In this document: positions 39,394 through 47,916 of the stretch, in pieces
Numbering within the stretch: position 1 is the stretch's first letter
Layout of the letters: the number at the start of each line of letters is the position of its first letter
NCBI GenBank assembly: GCA_963828165.1
Contig: CAWHDR010000001.1
Span: 256,001-320,000 of the forward strand
Direction of reading: 5' to 3'
DNA: 64,000 nt
DNA from: an uncultured Chloroflexia bacterium
Lineage (GTDB): Bacteria > Chloroflexota > Limnocylindria > Limnocylindrales > CSP1-4
Translations under genes and position numbers: made by a program
Notes under the pieces: generated by a model
What the model was told of the DNA's origin: nothing
Database searches by the model: none
The model's input: only the letters and a program-made list of their open reading frames with translations

Positions 39394-40428
39394 TTGAGCG
39401 GATCGGATCGGCTGGTGGATCGCGCGGACGAACATCGAGCGCGCCTGGCCAGCCTGTGGGCGCTGCTCGACCGACGACGTACGGCGGCCGCCCTGCTGAC
39501 GACTCGCCGGAACTTCGCGTGGCTCACGGTCGGCGGGATCGGTCACGTCCTGCAGTCAGTGGACACGTCGATCGCGGCCATCCTCGTGACTCGAGGCGAC
39601 ACCGTCGTCATCACCCAGAACATCGAGGCATCTCGGCTCGCCGAGGAAGAGCTCGGGGGTCTCGACGTCGAAGTGGTGGCCGTCCCCTGGTGGGAACCCG
39701 GAGCGATCGAGGCCGAGGCCGTTCGCCGCCTGGGAGCGGGCGTTCGTACGGCGAGCGACGCCGATCTCGAAATCGAGCTGTCGCGGATCCGCAGTGTGCT
39801 CTCCCCCATCGACCGCGATCGCCTTGCTGATCTCGGCCGGATCGCGGGCGACGCGACCGGCGCAGCCCTCGCGGCGATCCGACCCGGCATGTCCGAGGAC
39901 GACGTGGTCGCCGAACTGCTGGCCCGCCTGCCGGGTGTCCGAGTTCCCGTCGTGCTCGCCGCCGCGGACGAGCGCATCGCGAGGTACCGTCACCCGGTGC
40001 CGGGCGAGACGCAGATCCGCACCCGGTTGATGCTCGTCCTGGTCGCCGAACGATGGGGCCTCCATGTTGCCCTCACCCGGATCCGTGAGCTGGAGGCTCC
40101 CACCGGAGACCTCGCCCGACGGATCGAGGCGGTCCGCGCTGTGCAAACGGCCATGCATGCCGCGACCCGACCGGGCGCGACATTCGGGGAGGTGTTCGAG
40201 GTCGCCCAGTCGGCGTACGCGGCCAGCGGGTTCCCGGACGAATGGCGCGACCATCACCAGGGCGGCTCGATCGGGTATCAGCCGCGCGAACGGGTCGCAC
40301 TCCCAGACGACCAGACCACCATCGAAACGGGGATGGCGTTTGCCTGGAACCCGTCCGTTGCGGGGGCGAAGGCGGAGGACACGATCGTCATCGCGGACGA
40401 GGCGACGCGGACGGTGACCCACGGGTGA
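39394..40428 (+). CDS. M24 (aminopeptidase P/creatinase fold) family protein
   Basis: NFAWLT.GG, RYRHP, HHQGG.IGY, AWNPS, KAEDT; TAGACT 6 nt before the TTG. Confidence 0.82.
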   Translation: MSGSDRLVDRADEHRARLASLWALLDRRRTAAALLTTRRNFAWLTVGGIGHVLQSVDTSIAAILVTRGDTVVITQNIEASRLAEEELGGLDVEVVAVPWWEPGAIEAEAVRRLGAGVRTASDADLEIELSRIRSVLSPIDRDRLADLGRIAGDATGAALAAIRPGMSEDDVVAELLARLPGVRVPVVLAAADERIARYRHPVPGETQIRTRLMLVLVAERWGLHVALTRIRELEAPTGDLARRIEAVRAVQTAMHAATRPGATFGEVFEVAQSAYAASGFPDEWRDHHQGGSIGYQPRERVALPDDQTTIETGMAFAWNPSVAGAKAEDTIVIADEATRTVTHG

Positions 40429-42008
40429 TCCAGTCGCGGACCGGGACCCTCGGCGCGCTGTCGCGCTCCTCGATCGTGCTGTCCGTGATCGTGGGCGTCG
40501 TCGCGCTCGCGGTGTACGTCCGGACGCTGCTCCCAGGACTCGCGTTCGGCGACTGGGGGGAGATGCAGACCGTTCCCCATGTCCTGGGCGTCGCCCATCC
40601 GACGGGCTACCCGACGTACCTCATCCTGTCGTGGCTGGCGCACCTCGTGCCCATCGGCTCGATCGCGTTCCGTGCGAATCTCCTGTCGGCGGTCCTGGTG
40701 GCGGGCGCCCTCGGGGTGACCGTCGCGATCCTGGCTCGGTTGGGCACCCGTCCGGCTATCGCGGGCGGAGCGGCGCTCGTGCTCGGCGCCGTGGGCACGG
40801 TGTGGGCCGCAGCTACGGTCGCCGAGGTCAACCCGCTCCACCTGTTGTTCGTCGCCCTGCTGCTGCACCGTGCGCTCGTCTGGGAGGAGCATCGAAGGCC
40901 GCGCGACCTCATCCTGGGTGCCGCCCTCCTCGGTCTGGCGCTAGGCAACCACCTGCTGACGCTGTTCGTCGCTCCGTTCGTCGTGCTCTTCGTCCTGTGG
41001 GTCGGACGGCGGGAGATCGTCGCCAGCCCACGGCTCCTCGTCGGGGCCGTCGCCGCTGGTCTGATCTCGGCCAGCGTCTATCTCTACATCCCGATCGCGG
41101 CGGCGGCGGACCCGCCCCTGCCGTACAACCATCCTGTCAGCCTCGAAGCAGTCCTGTGGCTCGTCAGCGGAGCCCAGTTCCGGAGTCAGTTCGCGTTCCT
41201 CTCGGCGAGCGGAGCGTCCGAGTTCGTCGCCTCGCTGCCTGCGCTGTGGGAGGTCCTTGCGGGCCGCGCGACGCCGCTCCTGCCGATCGTGGGCGGCGTC
41301 GGCGTGGCGTTGCTGGTCCGCCAGCGGCCGGCGTTCGGGCTGATGTGCGTGGCCATCCTGACCATCAATCTCTACATCTGGGCCACGTACCTGCGCCTCG
41401 AGCACTACCTGCTCGTTCCGTGGCTGATCCTGGTGCTCGGGGCCGGGGTCGCACTCGAGGTGGTCGCGAGAACGCTGGTGGCCCGGGCGCCGTCGAGTGC
41501 GGCCACAGCCGGCGTCGGCGTGCTCGTCGGGGCGGCGACCGTGGCCCTGGCGGTCGGCCTGGCCGGGGCGAACTGGGCGACCGCGGACCGGAGCACCGAT
41601 CGCAGCGCCGACGCCTTCGTGGAGGCCGTCATGACCACGCTGCCAACGGACGCCGCGATCCTGTCCGAGTGGGATGCGTCGACGCCGCTGTGGCACGCCC
41701 AGTACGTCCTCGACCGACGCCCCGACCTCCTCATCGTCGACGACACGAACATCGTCTACGAGGGCTGGGGCTCCCGCGAGAACCGCATCGCGTCCCTGAT
41801 CTGTGACCGTCCCGTGTTCATCCTGCGCCTGAGCGATGCCGATCTCGTGCCGACGCGGGCCGCCTATCGGCTCGAGCCGTTCATGACGGTCATGGTCGCC
41901 TTGGGCGGACCCTCGGCGTCGGTGAGCCGGCCGATCCACCGGGTCGGGCCGCTGGATTCGGCCGTGTGCCGTGGCATGGCGCAGGACTCAGGGGCGGCGG
42001 CGGACTGA
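40425..42008 (+). CDS. DUF2723 / TMEM260-like GT-C membrane glycosyltransferase
   Basis: GD.GE..LGVAHPTGYP.Y, AEV, GNH; more than 10 TM; GTGA overlap. Confidence 0.85.
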   Translation: MIQSRTGTLGALSRSSIVLSVIVGVVALAVYVRTLLPGLAFGDWGEMQTVPHVLGVAHPTGYPTYLILSWLAHLVPIGSIAFRANLLSAVLVAGALGVTVAILARLGTRPAIAGGAALVLGAVGTVWAAATVAEVNPLHLLFVALLLHRALVWEEHRRPRDLILGAALLGLALGNHLLTLFVAPFVVLFVLWVGRREIVASPRLLVGAVAAGLISASVYLYIPIAAAADPPLPYNHPVSLEAVLWLVSGAQFRSQFAFLSASGASEFVASLPALWEVLAGRATPLLPIVGGVGVALLVRQRPAFGLMCVAILTINLYIWATYLRLEHYLLVPWLILVLGAGVALEVVARTLVARAPSSAATAGVGVLVGAATVALAVGLAGANWATADRSTDRSADAFVEAVMTTLPTDAAILSEWDASTPLWHAQYVLDRRPDLLIVDDTNIVYEGWGSRENRIASLICDRPVFILRLSDADLVPTRAAYRLEPFMTVMVALGGPSASVSRPIHRVGPLDSAVCRGMAQDSGAAAD

Positions 42009-42051
42009 GCGCGGCTGAGTCGCGACAACGCCGGGTTGATCGATGCGCCGG

Positions 42052-43782
42052 TCAGCGGCGAGGGGGCACGCAGTCCTCGCCAGCACCGCGCGCGGCGTTC
42101 CACAGGCCGCGCCGGGCGCCTTCGAGCCGATCCAGCCCGGCCATGGCCGACGACTCGACCTCCCGCCCGACACGTTCGCGAACCTCCCTGGCCAGCACCC
42201 GCGCCCAGCGCCGGCCGAGCCATCCCGCGTGGGCGCCAAGCATCCGAGCGATGAGATACCCCGCCAGCAGGGCCGCCACGAGAACGATGAAGGGGATCGG
42301 CAGCTGACCGAGGATCGGCACGCTGACCGAGTCGACGGGGAACTTGATGAGCACCCACAGGACCACCCATACACCGGCGAAGATCAGGGCCAGCGTGGCC
42401 ACGGTCTGCAGGAGCCCGATGACCGTCCAGAGACGGCTCGTGGGCACGTCGGTCCCGCGCGTGGAGATCGCCCGGTCCACGGCCCGTGCCAGGTTCGTTC
42501 CGACCGATCTCGGTTCCATGCTCGTGGCGAGCGAGGCGCGAACGGCGGGCGGGGCGTCTCGTAGCGGCGCCTCGACCGCGCGGCGAAGGACATCGAGCGC
42601 GGGCGCGAGCGAGCCGCGGTCCCGCCAACGGGACAGGAAGGCAACCGGATCTGCGACCCGTGCCTGCCGGCCCGACCATCGGTAGATCCGCGAGGTGACC
42701 CCGGCAAGTGGCCCCGCTCCCCTGGCCCGAGCCCGCGCGCGGGTCGCCGCCACGGCCTGGCGCTCGGCCGCGGGCAGGTCTACGACGCGCAGCACCTCGT
42801 CGGTGACACGGTCGCTCGTGGCCCGTCGCGACGCCCCGTCGAGGAACGGCTTCGCCCTCGCCGTCGAGTCCACGCCGGCCGTGCTGGCCAGTGCGGTCAC
42901 CGCGGCGGCGATCGAGGTGACCAGGTGCGCTCGAACCACGCGCTTGGCCTCGACGGCGCCGGCGAGCCATTCACGCAGCGGGTCGATGCCGCCGGCATCT
43001 GATCCACGCGCCGAGGTCAGCAGGACCGGGACCCGGAAGCCGCGAGCGCCGCCTCGTGCCATCGCGGCCAGGTCACGCTCAAGGTCGCGCCGGACGCGGG
43101 TGGCGTCGTCGCTCGAGAGGCGGTCGGTCTTGTTGAGCACGACGACCTGCCGCTCCAGCCGAGGCAGCCACGTGGCGAGGAAATCGTCGTGGAGGATCGC
43201 GTCGTGGTACTTCTCCGGATCCGTCACCCAGACAACGGCGTCCACGCGCGGCAGGATCGACTCGACGCGCTGCCGATGCTCCTCCTCGATGGAATCGAGA
43301 TCCGGCAGGTCGAGGATCGCGACGTTCCCGAGCGTTTCCTCCGCATGGTCGCGAACCTCATGATCGGGGATCCCGAGCCATCCCAGGAGACCACCCAGGT
43401 CGGGGCGGCTCGCTCGCGGGACCCACGCAAGCGGGTGGGCCGTTGTCGGGCGGCGCACCGAGGCGTCGCTGACCGGCGATCCGGCAAGGGCATTGAGCAG
43501 GCTGGACTTCCCGACGCCGGTTCCCCCGACGAGGGCAAGGACATAGGTCTCCGCCGGGAACCCGAGACGCCCCGAGACCTCGCCTGCCACGGCCCGGGCG
43601 TCATCGATCGGGACGCCGAGCACGACCGCCGCGGCGATGGCCTCGTCGAGCCGCCGGAGACAGGCGCCGATCCCGTGATCCCCCAGCGACGGGGCCGCCC
43701 AGTCGGGCAGCGTCTGATCGGACAGCGCCGGCACGGCCGAGACCTCGCGCGTGGTGGTTCGAAGCCGCTCGGCGATGCTCAT
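42052..43782 (-). CDS. Dynamin-like/YfjP GTPase with two C-terminal TM helices
   Basis: GGTGVGKSS, RRPTT, DLPD, DPEKYHD, NKTD. Confidence 0.85.
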   Translation of the reverse strand: MSIAERLRTTTREVSAVPALSDQTLPDWAAPSLGDHGIGACLRRLDEAIAAAVVLGVPIDDARAVAGEVSGRLGFPAETYVLALVGGTGVGKSSLLNALAGSPVSDASVRRPTTAHPLAWVPRASRPDLGGLLGWLGIPDHEVRDHAEETLGNVAILDLPDLDSIEEEHRQRVESILPRVDAVVWVTDPEKYHDAILHDDFLATWLPRLERQVVVLNKTDRLSSDDATRVRRDLERDLAAMARGGARGFRVPVLLTSARGSDAGGIDPLREWLAGAVEAKRVVRAHLVTSIAAAVTALASTAGVDSTARAKPFLDGASRRATSDRVTDEVLRVVDLPAAERQAVAATRARARARGAGPLAGVTSRIYRWSGRQARVADPVAFLSRWRDRGSLAPALDVLRRAVEAPLRDAPPAVRASLATSMEPRSVGTNLARAVDRAISTRGTDVPTSRLWTVIGLLQTVATLALIFAGVWVVLWVLIKFPVDSVSVPILGQLPIPFIVLVAALLAGYLIARMLGAHAGWLGRRWARVLAREVRERVGREVESSAMAGLDRLEGARRGLWNAARGAGEDCVPPRR

Positions 43783-45629
43783 CCCTGGTTGGGCGCGGCA
43801 ATGTCGACCGCCTCGGCGTCGGCCCGGACCGGTTCGGGCGCGTCGCCGTCGCGTGCTCCCCGGAACAGCCCGAGCGCGTCCATGGGCACGGTGGCCGGCA
43901 GGCGGCGGGTCTCCTCTGCCGCCGCCCGAAGGTCGGCCGCCAGCGTGTCGAGCTCCTCGGGGGCCACGGCAAGCACGTCGAACCGGCGCTGCTCCTCCGC
44001 GAAGGTTTCGACGAGGGCGTCGTCGAGACGCTGGCGGGCTCGCGAGATCAACTCGACCATCGCGGCTTCCCCGAACAGGGCGGCCAGCAGCTTCTGGTTG
44101 AGGAACGCCGTGGCGGCAGCCACACCGACCTCCGTCCCGGTCAGGCCGGCGGTATGGATGAACGATGCGAGCATGACCCCCACGCCGATGGCATTGACCC
44201 CGATCGAGGCGCCGCGCGCGAGGCGTCGCTTCCCCGCCCCGGTCTCGGCGATGTCGGTGCCGATGGACGCGATCCAGTCGTCCAGCCGGGCGCGCAGGCG
44301 CTCGTCGAAGCCCGCCGACGGGGCCCACAAGGCCGGGTCGGCCGCGACGGCATCGGCCACGGCACGTGTCTCAGACCAGGCCGAGGCGGTCCGGCGCGCA
44401 GCTTCCGCAGCATGGAGCCGAGCCAGTGCAACCAGGTCGTCCGTCGTGGCCTCGCGGATCTCGGCGACTGGCGCCGTGGAGGGCCGGAAGATGCTCGCGA
44501 TCGCACCGCGGACCGCCCCGATCCCCCGCGAGAAGATGCGCGTGATGTCGTCGGCGCCGACGTAGTCCTGCCAGTGCCGAAGCGCCTCTTCGCGAAGGAA
44601 CGTGCCGTGGCTCACCGCGTCGCGGACCGCGGCGAGCGCGCGGTGGTGGTGGGTCGCGGCAAGCCGGCGGTCCGCAGCCGCGTCGATCGCCTCGTGGGCG
44701 GCGTCGTCGGCGACCTGGTCGAGGAGCGGGCCCAGGCCCGCCAATGAACCGGCGAGCGCCCGCGCGGCAAGCTCCAGACGAGCCTCGCGGTCCGCCCGCA
44801 GGTGCTCGATCCGGGCGGTCACAGGCGCGACCGCCGCCGCCCCGAGCGCCTCCTGCGCGGGATCGATATCGCCTTCCGTGACGCCCACCACCTCGAGGGC
44901 CACCTCCGACTCCTCGTCGGCTGGCCGCCCACCGAGGCCAGCCTCGGCGAACAGGCGCGCGACGTCGTCCAGCACCTCGCGCCGGTCGTCGGCTTCGTCC
45001 GGCAGGCGGTTCACGACCACGACGAGCGGCAGGCCCCGCTCCCGGACACGACCGAGCACCAGCCACGGGACCCGATCCGCGTAGCGGGTCGCCGTCGTCA
45101 CGAACAGGCACAGGTCGGCCGCTTCGACCAGCTGGTCGGCGAGATCACGGTTGGCATGCTCGACGCTGTCGATGTCGGGGGCGTCAACGAGGGCGAGGCC
45201 CGGGGAGACGTTCGGATCCTCCTCGATCCGGAGCCGGCGGGGCTCGATCCGCGAGAGCGTGCCTCCCCGCAGGGCCAGCGCGTCGTCCGGGTGGGCAAGG
45301 ACGATGGCCGTCCGGGTCGTCGGCCGGAGGACGCCCGTGGGGCTGGCCGCACGTCCCGCGATCGTGTTGAACAGGGTGCTCTTGCCGGCTCCCGTCGGAC
45401 CGAGGAGGAGCACGACCAGGGGTGCGTCGAGGCTGCGGGCGCGGACGCGGACATGGCCCGCGAGGTGATCGCGCAGCCGCGCCGCGCGAGTGCGGGCGGC
45501 ATCCGATGCCGGACGCAGCGCCGATCGCCGACCGGCGAGCTGCTCGATCCGGTCGACGAGCTCTCTGAGGCCGGTGGCCTGAACCCCCGGATCGGCCGCC
45601 TGCGCCTGGGTGCGGTCATCCACCGTCAC
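43779..45629 (-). CDS. Dynamin-like GTPase
   Basis: GPTGAGKST, LRPTT, DAPDIDS, RYAD, VVNR; helical C-terminal half. Confidence 0.85.
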   Translation of the reverse strand: MTVDDRTQAQAADPGVQATGLRELVDRIEQLAGRRSALRPASDAARTRAARLRDHLAGHVRVRARSLDAPLVVLLLGPTGAGKSTLFNTIAGRAASPTGVLRPTTRTAIVLAHPDDALALRGGTLSRIEPRRLRIEEDPNVSPGLALVDAPDIDSVEHANRDLADQLVEAADLCLFVTTATRYADRVPWLVLGRVRERGLPLVVVVNRLPDEADDRREVLDDVARLFAEAGLGGRPADEESEVALEVVGVTEGDIDPAQEALGAAAVAPVTARIEHLRADREARLELAARALAGSLAGLGPLLDQVADDAAHEAIDAAADRRLAATHHHRALAAVRDAVSHGTFLREEALRHWQDYVGADDITRIFSRGIGAVRGAIASIFRPSTAPVAEIREATTDDLVALARLHAAEAARRTASAWSETRAVADAVAADPALWAPSAGFDERLRARLDDWIASIGTDIAETGAGKRRLARGASIGVNAIGVGVMLASFIHTAGLTGTEVGVAAATAFLNQKLLAALFGEAAMVELISRARQRLDDALVETFAEEQRRFDVLAVAPEELDTLAADLRAAAEETRRLPATVPMDALGLFRGARDGDAPEPVRADAEAVDIAAPNQG

Positions 45630-45878
45630 AGGGTCACCCCGGCGCGCCGCGCGCACACCGCAGAAGCCCGGCCCGCTCTTTCGGTTCTGTTGCAGACCAC
45701 GGTCATGGATTCCAGGTCATTTGACGTAGCGAAGGTGGTCATCCGTCGACAAATCGCCCCTCGAGCCCCGATCGGTTGAAGGAATGGCCGGCCGGCCGGC
45801 TCATACGTGATGAACCGGCGACCCCGCCGGATCAGAGGACAGGGCACCACGGTGCCGGATCAAGAAGGAACCATCGAA

Positions 45879-46544
45879 ATGACAACCCGAGTGCAGGATC
45901 GCCCGAACCGGTCCACGCAGAGTACCCTCCTCGCGTCGATCGCGGCCGGCGTAGCCCTCGCCGCCGTCGTGGCGTTCACGGCGTTTGGCAGTGGCGGGGA
46001 CGGTAACGACGACCCGGTCGTTGCCCCGATCGCGAACCCGAGCCCGAGTCCGACCGCGCCGGTCACGCCGGTTCCCGTCCCGATCGAGACGCCGGCGCCC
46101 GCGCCGGTTGCGGTCCCGGACGAGACTCCGGCGCCGACAGACGCTTCCGAAGACGGCGGCTCCGACGCCATGCCGATCACGGTAGAGCTCGAGACCGCGA
46201 CGGGCGCGGACGTCTATGTCGACATCGCCGACACCACGGGCCTCCTCGTTGACGCGCGATCCGGAACGCCCGGCGAGGGCATGTCGGTGGAGACGCTCGT
46301 GGCCGAGAACGTCGATGCGACGACGCTGAAGCTGACGTGGGCCGATTTCCCGATCGACAACGCGCTGGCCCTCTACATCGACGAACACGAAGGTGGCATC
46401 CGCCTCCTGCTGGTCCAGCCGGAGCCCAGTGGCCCGGCCGATGCCATCGGGTTCGACCGGGAGCTGATCCTGACATTCTCGGAGCCGATCTCCGCCGACG
46501 ACGTCGAGACCCTCCTCGTCGAAGGGCTCGACACCCCGGGCTGA
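45879..46544 (+). CDS. Hypothetical exported protein with Pro/Thr-rich linker
   Basis: AAGGAA RBS; N-terminal TM; acidic domain. Confidence 0.75.
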   Translation: MTTRVQDRPNRSTQSTLLASIAAGVALAAVVAFTAFGSGGDGNDDPVVAPIANPSPSPTAPVTPVPVPIETPAPAPVAVPDETPAPTDASEDGGSDAMPITVELETATGADVYVDIADTTGLLVDARSGTPGEGMSVETLVAENVDATTLKLTWADFPIDNALALYIDEHEGGIRLLLVQPEPSGPADAIGFDRELILTFSEPISADDVETLLVEGLDTPG

Positions 46545-46561
46545 TCGTGCGACCCGAAGAT

Positions 46562-46590
46562 GCCCGCTCCGACCGCCAGTCGGGGCGGGC
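46562..46590. terminator. Hairpin between convergent genes
   Basis: GCCCGCTCCGAC/GTCGGGGCGGGC followed by TCTCTCGTT. Confidence 0.65.
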
Positions 46591-46599
46591 TCTCTCGTT

Positions 46600-47013
46600 C
46601 TAGATCGCGCGCATCCGGTTGTTCTTCGGGTCGTGCGTGACCTCCGCCAGCCCGAGCGCCTCCATCAAGGGCGGCATGTACACACCGAACCGGCCGCGAA
46701 GGCCCTTCTTGAGGCCGTACCAGCCGCCGAGCGGGTTGTCGGCGGAGCGGCCCCAAGCCTCGACGCTCCCCTCGGGCGCCGGCTTCTGCTCGTCAGCACC
46801 GCCAAGCGGCACCCAGTCGCCCTGCTCCTTGAGCATGCGATGGAGGTCGTCGATCGCCCGCGCGTCGTAGAGGAGGCGGGTCCCGCCGACCTGGCACACG
46901 ATGGCCGGAGGGTCGGCGGCATCGTCTCGATACATCTGGTATTCCGACGTCCCCGGAGGTGTCTTGAGGACCCACGGATCGTCCTTGGTGCCGCTGCCGC
47001 TGAAATTCGCCAT
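46600..47013 (-). CDS. Conserved hypothetical protein (DUF6855-like)
   Basis: GTKDDPW.LKTPPG, ADEQK, WYGLKKGLRGRF, NNRMRA; GGGGAGG RBS. Confidence 0.75.
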   Translation of the reverse strand: MANFSGSGTKDDPWVLKTPPGTSEYQMYRDDAADPPAIVCQVGGTRLLYDARAIDDLHRMLKEQGDWVPLGGADEQKPAPEGSVEAWGRSADNPLGGWYGLKKGLRGRFGVYMPPLMEALGLAEVTHDPKNNRMRAI

Positions 47014-47107
47014 GGTGCGTGCCTCCCCTGCGTACCGATCACCCGACCGGAGCCCTCAGGCTAGCAGCACGCGTAAACCGTCAGGGCGGTTCCAGGACGC
47101 CTCGGGG

Positions 47108-47591
47108 CTACCTGTTCGAAGTGCCGGAGAGAGCCGGCACCCCGGAAGCGCCGCCGAGGAACACCCGTAACTCCGTAGCCAGCTTCTCCGGGATCTCCTC
47201 CGCCATGTGGTGACCCGACGCGACCTCGTGTCCCCGGACGTCGTCCGCCCACGCGCGCCAGATCGCGAGCGGGTCGCCGTACAGGTCGCCGAGGTCGTCG
47301 TCCGCCGCCCATAGCACGAGGACCGGCGCTGCAACCTTCCGGCCAGCGGCCCTGTCGGCGTCATCGGCCGACCGATCGACCCCCAGGCCGGCCCGGTAGT
47401 CCTCCATCATCGCGTGGACCGTGGCCGGGTCGTGGATGGCGCGGCGGTAGTCCTCGTGGTTCTCGATGCCCATCGCGACCGGGTCGTTCTGGACCATGCA
47501 GCAGCAAGACGGGTGGTCCGGCGCCGGCACGCCGCACGCGCAGGACGACCTCGCCCACGTCGACGCGGTCGAGGGTGAAGCCGTCGAACAC
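47108..47591 (-). pseudogene. Alpha/beta hydrolase (haloacetate dehalogenase-like) with internal deletion and frameshift
   Basis: N-terminus MFDGF..GPPVLLLHG joined out of frame near 47493 to C-terminus ..EDYRAG..SGHHMAEE.P; nucleophile region missing. Confidence 0.8.
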
Positions 47592-47636
47592 GCGCTCAGG
47601 GTCGGGGTCGAGGCGCGGGGCGTTGGCGTCGGCGCT

Positions 47637-47822
47637 CTAGCTCTTCTTGCGGTCTCCGCGGTCCCCCTGCCCAGGCTTGGCCGTGGCCTTGGCCTGCTGG
47701 CGCTGGTCGGCGGCCAGGGATCGGCCAACCTCCACCTGGTCGGTCGTGAACCTGCCCTGGTCGTCGCGTCGGATGTAGCGCTTGCTGGTGCCGGTGTCGA
47801 GGAGTTCGCGTTGGCCTGGCAT
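47637..47822 (-). CDS. Small hydrophilic hypothetical protein (61 aa)
   Basis: GGAGG RBS; RELLDTGT.KRY.RRD..GRF, GRSL..D, GQGDRGD. Confidence 0.75.
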   Translation of the reverse strand: MPGQRELLDTGTSKRYIRRDDQGRFTTDQVEVGRSLAADQRQQAKATAKPGQGDRGDRKKS

Positions 47823-47916
47823 GAGAGCCTCCATGCTGTTCCCCGTCATGGTCGGCCGCGGACCGATTCGCGCATCCGACCCCCGGCCGGGACCGGCATT
47901 GCATCGCGCTTGCGGG

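Noticed and set aside
42052-44328. Long N-terminal extensions in the ORF track (also ORFs at 1268, 8655, 15878, 34783, 40242 and 16780-17709)
   Set aside because: They overlap neighbouring real genes; downstream starts have RBS or stop-start overlaps
45805-45845. TGAACC as a possible ECF promoter before the exported protein
   Set aside because: Single instance with no recognisable -10 element
47108-47728. 206-aa ORF as an intact hydrolase or programmed frameshift
   Set aside because: The catalytic middle is missing altogether and no slippery sequence is present
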